A stretch of 64,000 nucleotides of DNA from Epilithonimonas sp. (GCF_036780765.1 NZ_DAIQCG010000007.1:55217-119216), one strand, 5' to 3'; counted from the first letter of the stretch, positions 49,440 through 58,125 are shown. The notes: generated by a model not told the origin, from the letters alone. A program made the numbers and translations.

Positions 49440-51812
49440 ATGAACAGAAAAATTAAACACGTTACAGTGCTTGGTTCCGGCGTTATGGGTTCCGGTATTG
49501 CATGTCATCTAGCAGGTAACGGCATTCAGGTTTTGATGTTGGATATGCCTCCGAAAGATTCGGAAAATGCCGACAAAAAAACAAGAAACAGCGTTGCGCA
49601 AGGTCATCTTAACAACGCTTTGAAAAGTAATCCTTCACCAATCTATGACAAATCCTTCGCTTCCAGAATTACCGTTGGAAACTTTGAAGATGATTTGGAG
49701 AAAATCAAAAATTCGGATTGGGTTATTGAAGTGATTGTCGAAAGATTGGACATCAAACAATCGATGTTCGAAAAAGTAGACCAACTTCGCAAACCAGGAA
49801 CTTTAGTCACTTCTAATACATCGGGAATTCCGATTCATTTGATGTCGGAAGGAAGGTCAGAAGATTTCCAGAAACATTTCTGCGGAACGCACTTCTTCAA
49901 TCCACCGAGATATTTGAAATTATTTGAAGTCATTCCAGGGCCGAAAACAGACCAGTCTGTTATTGATTTCTTTATGTCTTACGGCGAGAAATTCCTTGGA
50001 AAAACAACTGTTCTATGTAAAGATACACCTGGTTTTATCGGAAACAGAATTGGTGTTTACTCGATGGCTAAGATTATGGAATTGACGGAAGAAATCGGTT
50101 TAACGATTGAAGAAGCTGATTCCTTGACTGGAGATTTACTGAATCGTCCAAAAACCGGAACTTTCAAATTGGGAGATTTGGTTGGTTTGGATACAGCTTT
50201 CAATGTAACCAAAGGACTTCAAGCCAATCTTAAAGACGATGAAATGGTTCAGGCGCTTAAAGATTCTAAAACTTTGAATTTCCTTATTGAAAATAAATTC
50301 CTTGGTGATAAAGCTAAAAAAGGATTTTATTATAAAGAAAAAGATGCTGGCGGAAATGTGAATCGTTTCGTTCTTAATTATGAAACGCTGGGCTACGAAC
50401 CAACAAAACAGCCGAAACTTTCTATCGTTGCTTCAGCAAAAGAAGCCGGAAGTTTGAAAAACCGTTTGCCAATTTTGTTGAAAGACCAATCCAAAGCTGG
50501 AGAATTGATTAGAAAACATTTCGCTTCATTGTTCGCCTATGTTTCGCAAAGAGTTCCAGAAATCACGGATGTGTTCTACTCGATTGATGATGCTATGAAA
50601 ACTGGTTATGCCTGGAAATACGGACCATTCGAAAACTGGGATTTTGTAGGAATCCAAAAAGGAATTGATTTGGTTGAAAGTGAAGGTTACAAAGTTGCTG
50701 ACTGGGTTAAGGAAATGGTGGCATCAGGACACCAATCTTTCTACAAGCTGGAAAACGGAAAACAGTTATTCTATAATCAGAATACGAAAACTTACGAACC
50801 AATTCCTGGTCAGGATGCTTTCATCATTCTTAATAATATTAGAAAAGAAAAAACAGTTTGGTCTAATTCCGAATCTGCTTTGATTGACCTTGGCGACGGT
50901 ATTTTGAATTTCGAATTCCGTTCAAAAATGAATTCTCTTGGAGGAGGCGTTTTGGAAGGTCTTAATAAATCTATCGACATTGCTGAGAAAGATTACAGAG
51001 GTTTGGTTGTAGGAAATCAAGCTGAAAATTTCTCAGTCGGCGCTAATCTAGCAATGGTAATGATGATGGCTGTTGAACAAGATTGGTACGAACTAAATAT
51101 GGCAATCGCAATGTTCCAGCAGACTTCTATGAAGTTGAGATATTCATCAATTCCAGTAATCGCTGCACCTTTCGGAATGACGCTTGGTGGTGGCTGCGAA
51201 TTCTCTATGCACTCGGATAAAATCGTAGCAGCAGCGGAAACTTACATCGGTTTAGTAGAAGTTGGCGTTGGTTTGATTCCAGGCGGCGGTGGAACAAAAG
51301 AGTTTGCTTTGAGAGCGCTAAAAGGAGCACTTCCTGATGATGTAAAAACCAATCATTTGAGAAATTACTTTATGAATATTGCAACAGCAAAAGTAGCGAC
51401 TTCTGCTCACGAAGCTAAGCAAATGGGAATTCTTACAGAAAAAGACATCATCGTTGTCAACAAAGACAGACAAATTGCGGAAGCAAAACGTCAGGCCATT
51501 GTTTTGGACGAATTAGGATATACGCCGCCAGTTCCTGAGAAAGTTAAAGTTCTTGGAAACGAAGCAATGGGAATGTTCTACGTTGGTACTGATCAAATGG
51601 TTGCAGGTGGCTACGCATCAGAACACGACAGAAAAATCGCTAACAAAATTGGTTATGTAATGACTGGCGGTAATCTTTCTGAGCAGACAGAAGTTTCTGA
51701 ACAATACTTATTGGATTTGGAAAGAGAAGCATTCCTTTCACTTTGTGGCGAAAGAAAAACTTTGGAAAGAATCGGTGGAATGTTGAAAACAGGGAAGCCG
51801 GTCAGGAATTAG
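49440..51812 (+). CDS. fadN: 3-hydroxyacyl-CoA dehydrogenase / enoyl-CoA hydratase fusion (FadN-type order)
   Basis: 790 aa. N-terminal NAD fold VLGSGVMGSGIA and a C-terminal crotonase-like domain. Size and order match Bacillus-type fadN. Confidence 0.85.
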   Translation: MNRKIKHVTVLGSGVMGSGIACHLAGNGIQVLMLDMPPKDSENADKKTRNSVAQGHLNNALKSNPSPIYDKSFASRITVGNFEDDLEKIKNSDWVIEVIVERLDIKQSMFEKVDQLRKPGTLVTSNTSGIPIHLMSEGRSEDFQKHFCGTHFFNPPRYLKLFEVIPGPKTDQSVIDFFMSYGEKFLGKTTVLCKDTPGFIGNRIGVYSMAKIMELTEEIGLTIEEADSLTGDLLNRPKTGTFKLGDLVGLDTAFNVTKGLQANLKDDEMVQALKDSKTLNFLIENKFLGDKAKKGFYYKEKDAGGNVNRFVLNYETLGYEPTKQPKLSIVASAKEAGSLKNRLPILLKDQSKAGELIRKHFASLFAYVSQRVPEITDVFYSIDDAMKTGYAWKYGPFENWDFVGIQKGIDLVESEGYKVADWVKEMVASGHQSFYKLENGKQLFYNQNTKTYEPIPGQDAFIILNNIRKEKTVWSNSESALIDLGDGILNFEFRSKMNSLGGGVLEGLNKSIDIAEKDYRGLVVGNQAENFSVGANLAMVMMMAVEQDWYELNMAIAMFQQTSMKLRYSSIPVIAAPFGMTLGGGCEFSMHSDKIVAAAETYIGLVEVGVGLIPGGGGTKEFALRALKGALPDDVKTNHLRNYFMNIATAKVATSAHEAKQMGILTEKDIIVVNKDRQIAEAKRQAIVLDELGYTPPVPEKVKVLGNEAMGMFYVGTDQMVAGGYASEHDRKIANKIGYVMTGGNLSEQTEVSEQYLLDLEREAFLSLCGERKTLERIGGMLKTGKPVRN

Positions 51813-51843
51813 AAGTGAGAAGTTAGATATTAGAAGTTAGATG
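51812..51843. repeat. Left arm of the inverted repeat flanking the first four-helix-bundle gene
   Basis: The segment tagatattagaagttagat within this arm is the near-exact complement (one mismatch) of atctaacttctaacatcta within 52220-52254. Confidence 0.6.
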
Positions 51844-52203
51844 AAAGCGCATAGATTACAAGACTTGCAGATTTGGAAAAGGTCGATGAATTTGGTTAAA
51901 AGAATTTATATCATTACTCAAGATTTACCTACTGAAGAAAAATTTGGATTAATAAGTCAAATCAGAAGATGTGCGGTTTCAATTCCTTCTAATATTGCCG
52001 AAGGCGCAGGAAGAAATAACGTTAAAGAATTTATTCAATTTTTAGGAGTAACTTCAGGTTCTGCTTATGAATTAGAAACTCAATTAATCCTATTATTTGA
52101 ATTAGAATTTAAAACGGAAATTGAGGTTGCGCCTTTAATCAACGAACTTTCTGAAATTCAGAAAATGATTTATTCATTCAAAACTAAATTAAATAACAGT
52201 TAG
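51841..52203 (+). CDS. Four-helix-bundle protein (23S rRNA intervening-sequence protein family)
   Basis: 120 aa. QIRRCAVSIPSNIAEGAGRNN and GSAYELETQL are signature blocks of this family. Confidence 0.85.
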   Translation: MKAHRLQDLQIWKRSMNLVKRIYIITQDLPTEEKFGLISQIRRCAVSIPSNIAEGAGRNNVKEFIQFLGVTSGSAYELETQLILLFELEFKTEIEVAPLINELSEIQKMIYSFKTKLNNS

Positions 52204-52219
52204 AATTTATTTAAAGTTT

Positions 52220-52254
52220 AAATCTAACTTCTAACATCTAAACTCTAACATCTT
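52220..52254. repeat. Right arm of the inverted repeat flanking the first four-helix-bundle gene
   Basis: Its reverse complement contains tagatgttagaagttagat, which pairs with the left arm at 51812-51843. Confidence 0.6.
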
Positions 52255-52262
52255 ATAAAAAT

Positions 52263-53438
52263 ATGGAAGCATATATAGTAACAGGATACAGAACAGCAGT
52301 TGGTAAAGCGCCGAAAGGGTCTTTGCGTTTTACACGTCCAGATGATATGGCGGCAACTGTAATAGAACGTCTTATGAAAGATGTTCCAAATCTAGACCCG
52401 GCTCGCATCGATGATTTAATTGTCGGATGTGCAATGCCGGAAGCAGAACAAGGACTGAATGTCGCAAGACTGATTTCATTAATGGGATTGGATACCGATA
52501 AAGTTCCGGGTGTAACAGTCAACAGATATTGTGCATCTGGCTCAGAGTCGATTGCGATTGCAGCAGCAAAAATCAAGGCTGGAATGGCAGAATGTATCAT
52601 CGCTGGTGGCGCAGAAAGTATGTCTTATATCCCGATGGGTGGTTACAAACCAATTCCGGACACGGATTTAGCAAAATCAAATCCCGATTATTATTGGGGA
52701 ATGGGATTGACAGCAGAAGCGGTTGCCAATGAATTCAAAGTGAGTCGTGAGGAGCAAGACCAGTTTGCTTACAACTCTCATCAGAAAGCAATGAAAGCGA
52801 TACAGGAAGGAAAATTCGACAATCAGATTGTTCCGATTGATGTGAAATATAATTTCCTTGATGAAAAGGAAAAAATTCAGACCAAAGAATATGCATTCAA
52901 ACAAGACGAAGGTCCAAGAGCTGATACTTCAATCGAAGCTTTAGCAAAATTACGTCCGGTTTTCGCAGCTAATGGTTCTGTAACCGCAGGTAATTCTTCT
53001 CAAACTTCTGACGGTGCTGCTTTTACAATGGTAATGTCGGAAAGAATGGTGAAAGAATTAAACTTGACTCCAGTGGCAAGACTTCTCTCCTATTCGACGG
53101 TCGGAGTTCCACCAAGAATTATGGGAATCGGACCAATGTATGCCATTCCGAAAGCGTTGGAACAAGCTGGCCTTAAACAATCGGATATCGATTTATTTGA
53201 ATTGAATGAAGCTTTTGCTTCTCAATCAGTTGCCATTTTAAGAGAATTGAACATCAATCCTGAAATCGTCAACGTAAATGGTGGCGCAATCGCACTTGGA
53301 CATCCACTTGGTTGTACAGGAACAAAATTAACTGTTCAACTTCTTGACGAAATGAAACGAAGAAACAGCAAATACGGCGTAGTGACAATGTGCGTTGGAA
53401 CAGGTCAAGGCGCTGCAAGTGTGTTTGAACTACTTTAA
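52263..53438 (+). CDS. fadA: Acetyl-CoA C-acyltransferase (thiolase)
   Basis: 391 aa. NRYCASGSESI (active Cys) and GHPLGCTG. Confidence 0.95.
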   Translation: MEAYIVTGYRTAVGKAPKGSLRFTRPDDMAATVIERLMKDVPNLDPARIDDLIVGCAMPEAEQGLNVARLISLMGLDTDKVPGVTVNRYCASGSESIAIAAAKIKAGMAECIIAGGAESMSYIPMGGYKPIPDTDLAKSNPDYYWGMGLTAEAVANEFKVSREEQDQFAYNSHQKAMKAIQEGKFDNQIVPIDVKYNFLDEKEKIQTKEYAFKQDEGPRADTSIEALAKLRPVFAANGSVTAGNSSQTSDGAAFTMVMSERMVKELNLTPVARLLSYSTVGVPPRIMGIGPMYAIPKALEQAGLKQSDIDLFELNEAFASQSVAILRELNINPEIVNVNGGAIALGHPLGCTGTKLTVQLLDEMKRRNSKYGVVTMCVGTGQGAASVFELL

Positions 53439-53440
53439 TA

Positions 53441-53473
53441 ATTATAGATTTTAAATTATAAATTTTAGATGAG
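53441..53473. repeat. Left arm of the inverted repeat flanking the second four-helix-bundle gene
   Basis: aattataaattttagatg here pairs with the complement of catttaaaatttataatc within 53839-53876 (about 16 of 18). Confidence 0.5.
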
Positions 53474-53830
53474 ATGAGCTTCAAAGAAGATAATTTGATT
53501 CAGAATAAGACATTTGAATTTGCATTGAGTATAATTAAATTTTATACGATTTGTAAATCTCAGAATGAATACATTCTTTCAAAGCAGATTCTTCGTTGCG
53601 GAACTTCGATTGGTGCAAATGTAGAAGAAGCAATTGCAGCACAATCAAAGAAAGATTTTATCTCAAAACTTTCTATTGCAAATAAGGAAGCGAGAGAAAC
53701 AAAATATTGGTTGAAGCTTTATCAATCTTCAAATCTTGTACAGATTGATATTGATTCTTATTTAAAAGAAATTGAGAGCATCATTAATATTCTAACTAAA
53801 ATCATCAAAACTTCATCTGAAAATTTATAA
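53474..53830 (+). CDS. Four-helix-bundle protein (23S rRNA intervening-sequence protein family), second copy
   Basis: 118 aa. QILRCGTSIGANVEEAIAAQSKKDF and ANKEARETKYWL are signature blocks. Confidence 0.85.
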   Translation: MSFKEDNLIQNKTFEFALSIIKFYTICKSQNEYILSKQILRCGTSIGANVEEAIAAQSKKDFISKLSIANKEARETKYWLKLYQSSNLVQIDIDSYLKEIESIINILTKIIKTSSENL

Positions 53831-53838
53831 CAGCGAAT

Positions 53839-53876
53839 CTTACATTTAAAATTTATAATCTAAAATTTAAAATCAC
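53839..53876. repeat. Right arm of the inverted repeat flanking the second four-helix-bundle gene
   Basis: See the left arm at 53441-53473. Confidence 0.5.
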
Positions 53877-53882
53877 AATAAT

Positions 53883-55670
53883 ATGTCAACAGAAACTAAA
53901 ACATTAGATGGCGGCGAATTTCTAGTAAAAGAAATCACTGCAAACGAAATATTTTCTATCGAAGAATTGTCCGAAGAACAAAAAATGCTTCGTGATTCTG
54001 CAAAGGAATTCATAGATAAAGAAGTCGTTCCGAATAAGGAAAGATTTGAGAAAAAAGATTACGCTTATACGGAAGAAGTTATGCGTAAAATCGGGGAAAT
54101 GGGATTCTTGGGAATTGCTGTTCCGGAAGCTTTTGGCGGATTAGGAATGGGATTTGTGACTACAATGTTGGCTTGCGATTACCTTTCGGGTTCTACAGGT
54201 TCATTGGCAACAGCTTATGGTGCGCATACGGGAATCGGGACATTGCCAATTTTGCTTTACGGAACCGAAGAACAAAAACAAAAATACCTTCCGGACTTGG
54301 CTGCTGGAACTAAATTCGGTGCTTATTGTTTGACTGAGCCAGATGCAGGTTCTGATGCCAACAGCGGAAAAACAAGAGCAAAACTTTCTGAAGATGGTAA
54401 ACATTACATCATCAATGGTCAAAAAATGTGGATTTCCAATGCAGGATTTGCAGATACGTTCACATTGTTTGCTAAAATAGATGATGACAAAAACATCACT
54501 GGATTTGTAATCAACCGTTCTGAATTGGAAAATCCTGAAAGTCTGACTTTCGGAGAAGAGGAACACAAATTGGGAATCCGTGCGTCTTCTACGCGTCAGG
54601 TTTTCTTCAATGATATGAAAATCCCTGTGGAGAACCTTTTGGGCGAAAGAAACAACGGTTTCAAAATCGCTCTTAACGCACTTAACGTTGGTCGTATCAA
54701 ATTGGCGGCGGCTTGTCTGGATGCCCAAAGAAGAATCCTGAACCATTCTTTGACTTATTCTACGGAGAGAAAGCAATTTGGGGTTTCTATCAATACATTT
54801 GGAGCGATTCGCAAGAAGTTGGCAGAGATGGCAACTGGCGCTTTCGTGAGTGAAGCGGGTTCTTACAGAGCTGCGAAAAATGTGGAAGACAAAATCGAAG
54901 AATTGGTTGCTGGTGGAATGAACCACGAGCAGGCGGAACTGAAAGGTGTGGAAGAATTTGCGGTAGAATGTTCTATCCTAAAAGTTTTCGTATCAGATTT
55001 AGCACAGCATACAGCAGATGAAGGCATCCAAATTTACGGTGGAATGGGCTTTTCGGAAGATACACCAATGGAATCTGCTTGGAGAGATTCAAGGATTTCC
55101 AGAATCTACGAAGGAACCAACGAAATCAACAGACTTCTAGCCGTTGGGATGTTAATCAAACGTGCGATGCAAGGCAAAATCGATTTGTTAACGCCTGCGA
55201 AAAACGTAGCTAAAGAATTGATGGGCATTCCGTCTTTTGACATTCCAGATTATTCAGAATATATGTCTGAGGAAAAAGAAGTGATTAAGAATTTGAAGAA
55301 AGTATTCTTAATGGTTTCCGGTTCTGCGCTTCAAAAATATATGATGGACATCGAGAAGCAGCAGCATTTGCTACTGAACGCTTCCGAAATCCTGAACCAA
55401 ATCTATATGGCAGAATCAGCAATCCTAAGAGCTGAGAAACATTTCGACACAGATTCTGTGGAAGCTGCAATGGCAAGACTGAACCTTTACAAAGCGGTGG
55501 AAATCATCACAACCAATGCCAAAGAAGGTATCGTTTCTTTCTCAGAAGGCGACGAGCAAAGAATGATGTTAGCAGGATTAAGACGTTTTACAAAATACGT
55601 GAACACGCCAAATCCAATTGCATTAACAGAAAAAGTTGCCGCTCATTTTATTGAGAAAGGTTCTTACTAA
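53883..55670 (+). CDS. fadE: Acyl-CoA dehydrogenase (long FadE type)
   Basis: 595 aa. ACAD blocks (CLTEPDAGSDA, QIYGGMGFSEDTPMESAWRDSRISRIYEGTNEI). Confidence 0.9.
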   Translation: MSTETKTLDGGEFLVKEITANEIFSIEELSEEQKMLRDSAKEFIDKEVVPNKERFEKKDYAYTEEVMRKIGEMGFLGIAVPEAFGGLGMGFVTTMLACDYLSGSTGSLATAYGAHTGIGTLPILLYGTEEQKQKYLPDLAAGTKFGAYCLTEPDAGSDANSGKTRAKLSEDGKHYIINGQKMWISNAGFADTFTLFAKIDDDKNITGFVINRSELENPESLTFGEEEHKLGIRASSTRQVFFNDMKIPVENLLGERNNGFKIALNALNVGRIKLAAACLDAQRRILNHSLTYSTERKQFGVSINTFGAIRKKLAEMATGAFVSEAGSYRAAKNVEDKIEELVAGGMNHEQAELKGVEEFAVECSILKVFVSDLAQHTADEGIQIYGGMGFSEDTPMESAWRDSRISRIYEGTNEINRLLAVGMLIKRAMQGKIDLLTPAKNVAKELMGIPSFDIPDYSEYMSEEKEVIKNLKKVFLMVSGSALQKYMMDIEKQQHLLLNASEILNQIYMAESAILRAEKHFDTDSVEAAMARLNLYKAVEIITTNAKEGIVSFSEGDEQRMMLAGLRRFTKYVNTPNPIALTEKVAAHFIEKGSY

Positions 55671-55693
55671 ATCATCAATTTGATATAATAAAA

Positions 55694-55726
55694 AATCCCA
55701 TTTCAAAGTTTGAAATGGGATTTTAG
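55694..55726 (+). terminator. Intrinsic terminator of the fad operon
   Basis: Long stem aatcccatttcaa/ttgaaatgggatt followed by T-rich sequence. Confidence 0.7.
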
Positions 55727-55749
55727 TTTTTAAAAATATCAATAGGAAT

Positions 55750-55858
55750 GGGCTTTAGCCCATTTAACAATGCAATAATTATTGGCTTTAGCCTAAATTT
55801 ATTTAAGTTTTGGCTAAAGCCAATTTTGATTTTTACCTTTACATCGGGCTGAAGCCCG
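55750..55858. repeat. Array of four GGCT-N2-AGCC mini-palindromes
   Basis: gggctttagccc (55750), ggctttagcc (55784), ggctaaagcc (55812) and cgggctgaagcccg (55845), spaced about 28-35 nt apart. Confidence 0.7.
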
Positions 55859-55865
55859 ACGCTAT

Positions 55866-56087
55866 TTATAAATTAAAGAACTCCCTTTGTTTATCTTTTG
55901 AAATATTTGTGGTTTTTCCAGATTCTGCTTGTTCAATAGATTTATCAATCTTCTTATAAAAATCTTCTTCAGAAAGCAAAGTTTCATCTTTTTCACCAAT
56001 TTCAAAACGAACTTTAAGTTCCTCTAAAAGAGATTTGAGCAAAGATTTTTGCTTTTCGTCTTTTGGGTAAATTGTTATACTTTCCAT
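55866..56087 (-). CDS. DUF2683-like small protein (putative orphan antitoxin)
   Basis: 73 aa. MESITIYPKDEKQKSLLKSLLEELKVRFE matches the pattern M..I.V.P.N.EQ...LK.FL.ALK..FE that I associate with DUF2683. No toxin ORF follows. Confidence 0.5.
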   Translation of the reverse strand: MESITIYPKDEKQKSLLKSLLEELKVRFEIGEKDETLLSEEDFYKKIDKSIEQAESGKTTNISKDKQREFFNL

Positions 56088-56172
56088 AATTTTAAACTAT
56101 TAAACAAAAATATAATGATTTTCTGATTTAATTTTTTGAGATTGATTTTTTTTCAATTTGATTTAAATAATA

Positions 56173-56197
56173 AACCCTCTGATTTTTTCGGAGGGTT
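56173..56197. terminator. Hairpin directly after the stop of the three-gene operon
   Basis: Stem aaccctc/gagggtt with T-rich flanks on both strands. Confidence 0.5.
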
Positions 56198-56198
56198 T

Positions 56199-56627
56199 TT
56201 AGTTTAAATAGCACTCAGATATTTTAGGGAGTTCAGCTATTTTTGGATTATTAAAGAAAAATTTTTCTCGACTCGGATGTAATCTTTGATAATTAGAAAA
56301 GTCGGAAACTTTTTCTTTTGTATGGATTAGATACATTGTATTCCTCCTTTGTTTATCATAGCTAACACCTACTGTATTAGTTGTATCAATTTCTGCTTTA
56401 TGGGTTTTTATTTCGTAAAAACTTACATATCCAATCTCAGTTAAAATTGTTTCTTCACTCATAGTTAGAAATTTTTTTCCTATTGATTCTGCCAACTCAA
56501 AAAATTCATCTTCTAACTTTCTAAAAAAAGTAAGGTCTAAGTTTTTTTCGCTTAAAATGAAACCTTTATTTCCAGTTTCAAACAAAACGTAGAAATAGCT
56601 TTTGCCGTCGAATTTGTAGTTTGTCAT
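56199..56627 (-). CDS. Hypothetical protein C of the AT-rich three-gene operon
   Basis: 142-aa ORF, 9 nt downstream of protein B. No family recognised. Confidence 0.55.
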   Translation of the reverse strand: MTNYKFDGKSYFYVLFETGNKGFILSEKNLDLTFFRKLEDEFFELAESIGKKFLTMSEETILTEIGYVSFYEIKTHKAEIDTTNTVGVSYDKQRRNTMYLIHTKEKVSDFSNYQRLHPSREKFFFNNPKIAELPKISECYLN

Positions 56628-56636
56628 TATAAAATA

Positions 56637-57266
56637 TTATATTATTTGATCAAAACAAAATTTGGTCAAATCATTAACTCCTCTAAATAAAATTGTAGGA
56701 CTGGCCCCATTTTCATTATCTTCTTTTAGAATGAAGTGTTTTTTTCCAATATATAAATTATCAAATCCATATTCTTCAATAATAACTTTGATAAAACTTG
56801 AATCTATTGTATGCGGAAATAATGATTTTGGGAAATTTATATTAGAATAAGATGGTAAAGGTGTAATAGGAAATGTAAGTGGATTATGATTTAAATAATC
56901 GTAATTAATAATGAGCACTTCAGAAATAGCATATAGTATATTTTCAAAAGCTTCCTCCTTAGATTTTCCCTCGGTTATACAGCCTCTTAATTCAGGACAC
57001 CATATACTGTAATTACCATTATAATTTGAGTTCAGAATTTCAATAGAAAAAGTTATGTCTAAATCCCTAAAAGGAACTTTTATATCTTTTATTGTTTGTA
57101 TCTCTCCATCATCCTCAAAGCGACAAATTTGTTCAATGTTATAATTTAGATTCTTTTCTAAAAATTTTTCATATACAATTATATCTTCTTCAACTAGATT
57201 AATTAACTCAATTTTCGGAAAATTTCTTTGTAGGTTTCTAAGCCCTCTTTTCACTATAATATTCAT
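56637..57266 (-). CDS. Protein B: HicB-N-terminal-like domain fused to a HicA-like C-terminal domain
   Basis: 209 aa. FSIEILNSNYNGNYSIWCPELRGCITEGKSKEEAFENILYAISEVL fits the UPF0150/HicB antitoxin pattern. FIKVIIEEYGFDNLYIGKKHFILKED...PTILFRGVNDLTKFCFDQII fits the HicA/YcfA spacing. Confidence 0.6.
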   Translation of the reverse strand: MNIIVKRGLRNLQRNFPKIELINLVEEDIIVYEKFLEKNLNYNIEQICRFEDDGEIQTIKDIKVPFRDLDITFSIEILNSNYNGNYSIWCPELRGCITEGKSKEEAFENILYAISEVLIINYDYLNHNPLTFPITPLPSYSNINFPKSLFPHTIDSSFIKVIIEEYGFDNLYIGKKHFILKEDNENGASPTILFRGVNDLTKFCFDQII

Positions 57267-57276
57267 AATTAGATAT

Positions 57277-57675
57277 TTATAAATTGTTTAAAGACCATTT
57301 TAAAAGTAAATGAGGAATGTAAATTTGATTTATAATTCGTTGTTGATTCTCTAAATCAGTTTTTATAAATTCATCTTCTAATTCAATTTGGATATACATT
57401 AACAATAAAGAAATTGAACTTTTAGCTTCTAATAAAGTGTCAAAATTTCTATCAACAGTAGTAAATTCTAACAGCCCAGAATTTATATTAGAATACCAAT
57501 TGAATTTATTTTTACTAAGCAAAATTGTTTCTTTATTCCAAACACCAACATTTTCTTGTAAATGTCCACTTTGTTTTTTCATTAATTTGTAACAAACTTC
57601 CAAAGAAATTTTTAAAACATCGTTCTTTGATATTGTACTATATTTTTGATTAATTAAATTTTCTAGCTCTTCCAT
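57277..57675 (-). CDS. Hypothetical protein A of the AT-rich three-gene operon
   Basis: 132 aa from the ATG at 57675 (the track start at 57681 is TTG). No family recognised. A TAttTTTG -7 box lies at 57694-57701. Confidence 0.55.
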   Translation of the reverse strand: MEELENLINQKYSTISKNDVLKISLEVCYKLMKKQSGHLQENVGVWNKETILLSKNKFNWYSNINSGLLEFTTVDRNFDTLLEAKSSISLLLMYIQIELEDEFIKTDLENQQRIINQIYIPHLLLKWSLNNL

Positions 57676-57779
57676 ACGCAATTTAGTTTTTCACAAAAAT
57701 ATAAAGAGGAATTCAATAATTATTACGGGAATCCGTATTTATTCGCAACTATCAATTCTATGACCTCAAACAATAATAT

Positions 57780-58082
57780 TCAAATCTTAATACTCAACTC
57801 CAACCGTCCACCAAAACCAAGTTCAACAATTTTTTGAAGTGTAGAGATTCTCGCTTCTTTCAGGTTATTCTCAATTTTAGAAATATAAGATTTAGTCGTT
57901 CCTAATTTTTCAGCCAACTGTTCTTGCGTCATTCCCAATTATAAACGTGTATCGTGAATGAGCGCCCCAATATTAAAATTTTCGTAACCAGATTCTAGTT
58001 CATCACGTTCTTTGGTTCCACGCTTACCAAAATTTTTATTTTTGAACTCATCAAGAGTTGTTAGATTATTTACTATCTTCAA
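57780..58082 (-). pseudogene. XRE/HigA-like HTH gene with an in-frame TAA
   Basis: Minus-strand reading gives LKIVNNLTTLDEFKNKNFGKRGTKERDELESGYENFNIGALIHDTRL*LGMTQEQLAEKLGTTKSYISKIENNLKEARISTLQKIVELGFGGRLELSIKI. The stop codon is at 57939-57941, and the start is TTG only. Confidence 0.65.
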
Positions 58083-58125
58083 ATTTTAATCTGATTTTAC
58101 TCTCACTATTTCTACATTATAAATA

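Noticed and set aside
54201-54926. 241-aa ORF antisense to fadE. It is long for a low-GC genome.
   Set aside because: The sense frame has unmistakable acyl-CoA dehydrogenase motifs. The antisense product is Cys/Arg/Ser/Phe-rich with no recognisable motif, no plausible promoter and no independent terminator. This is typical shadow-ORF behaviour.
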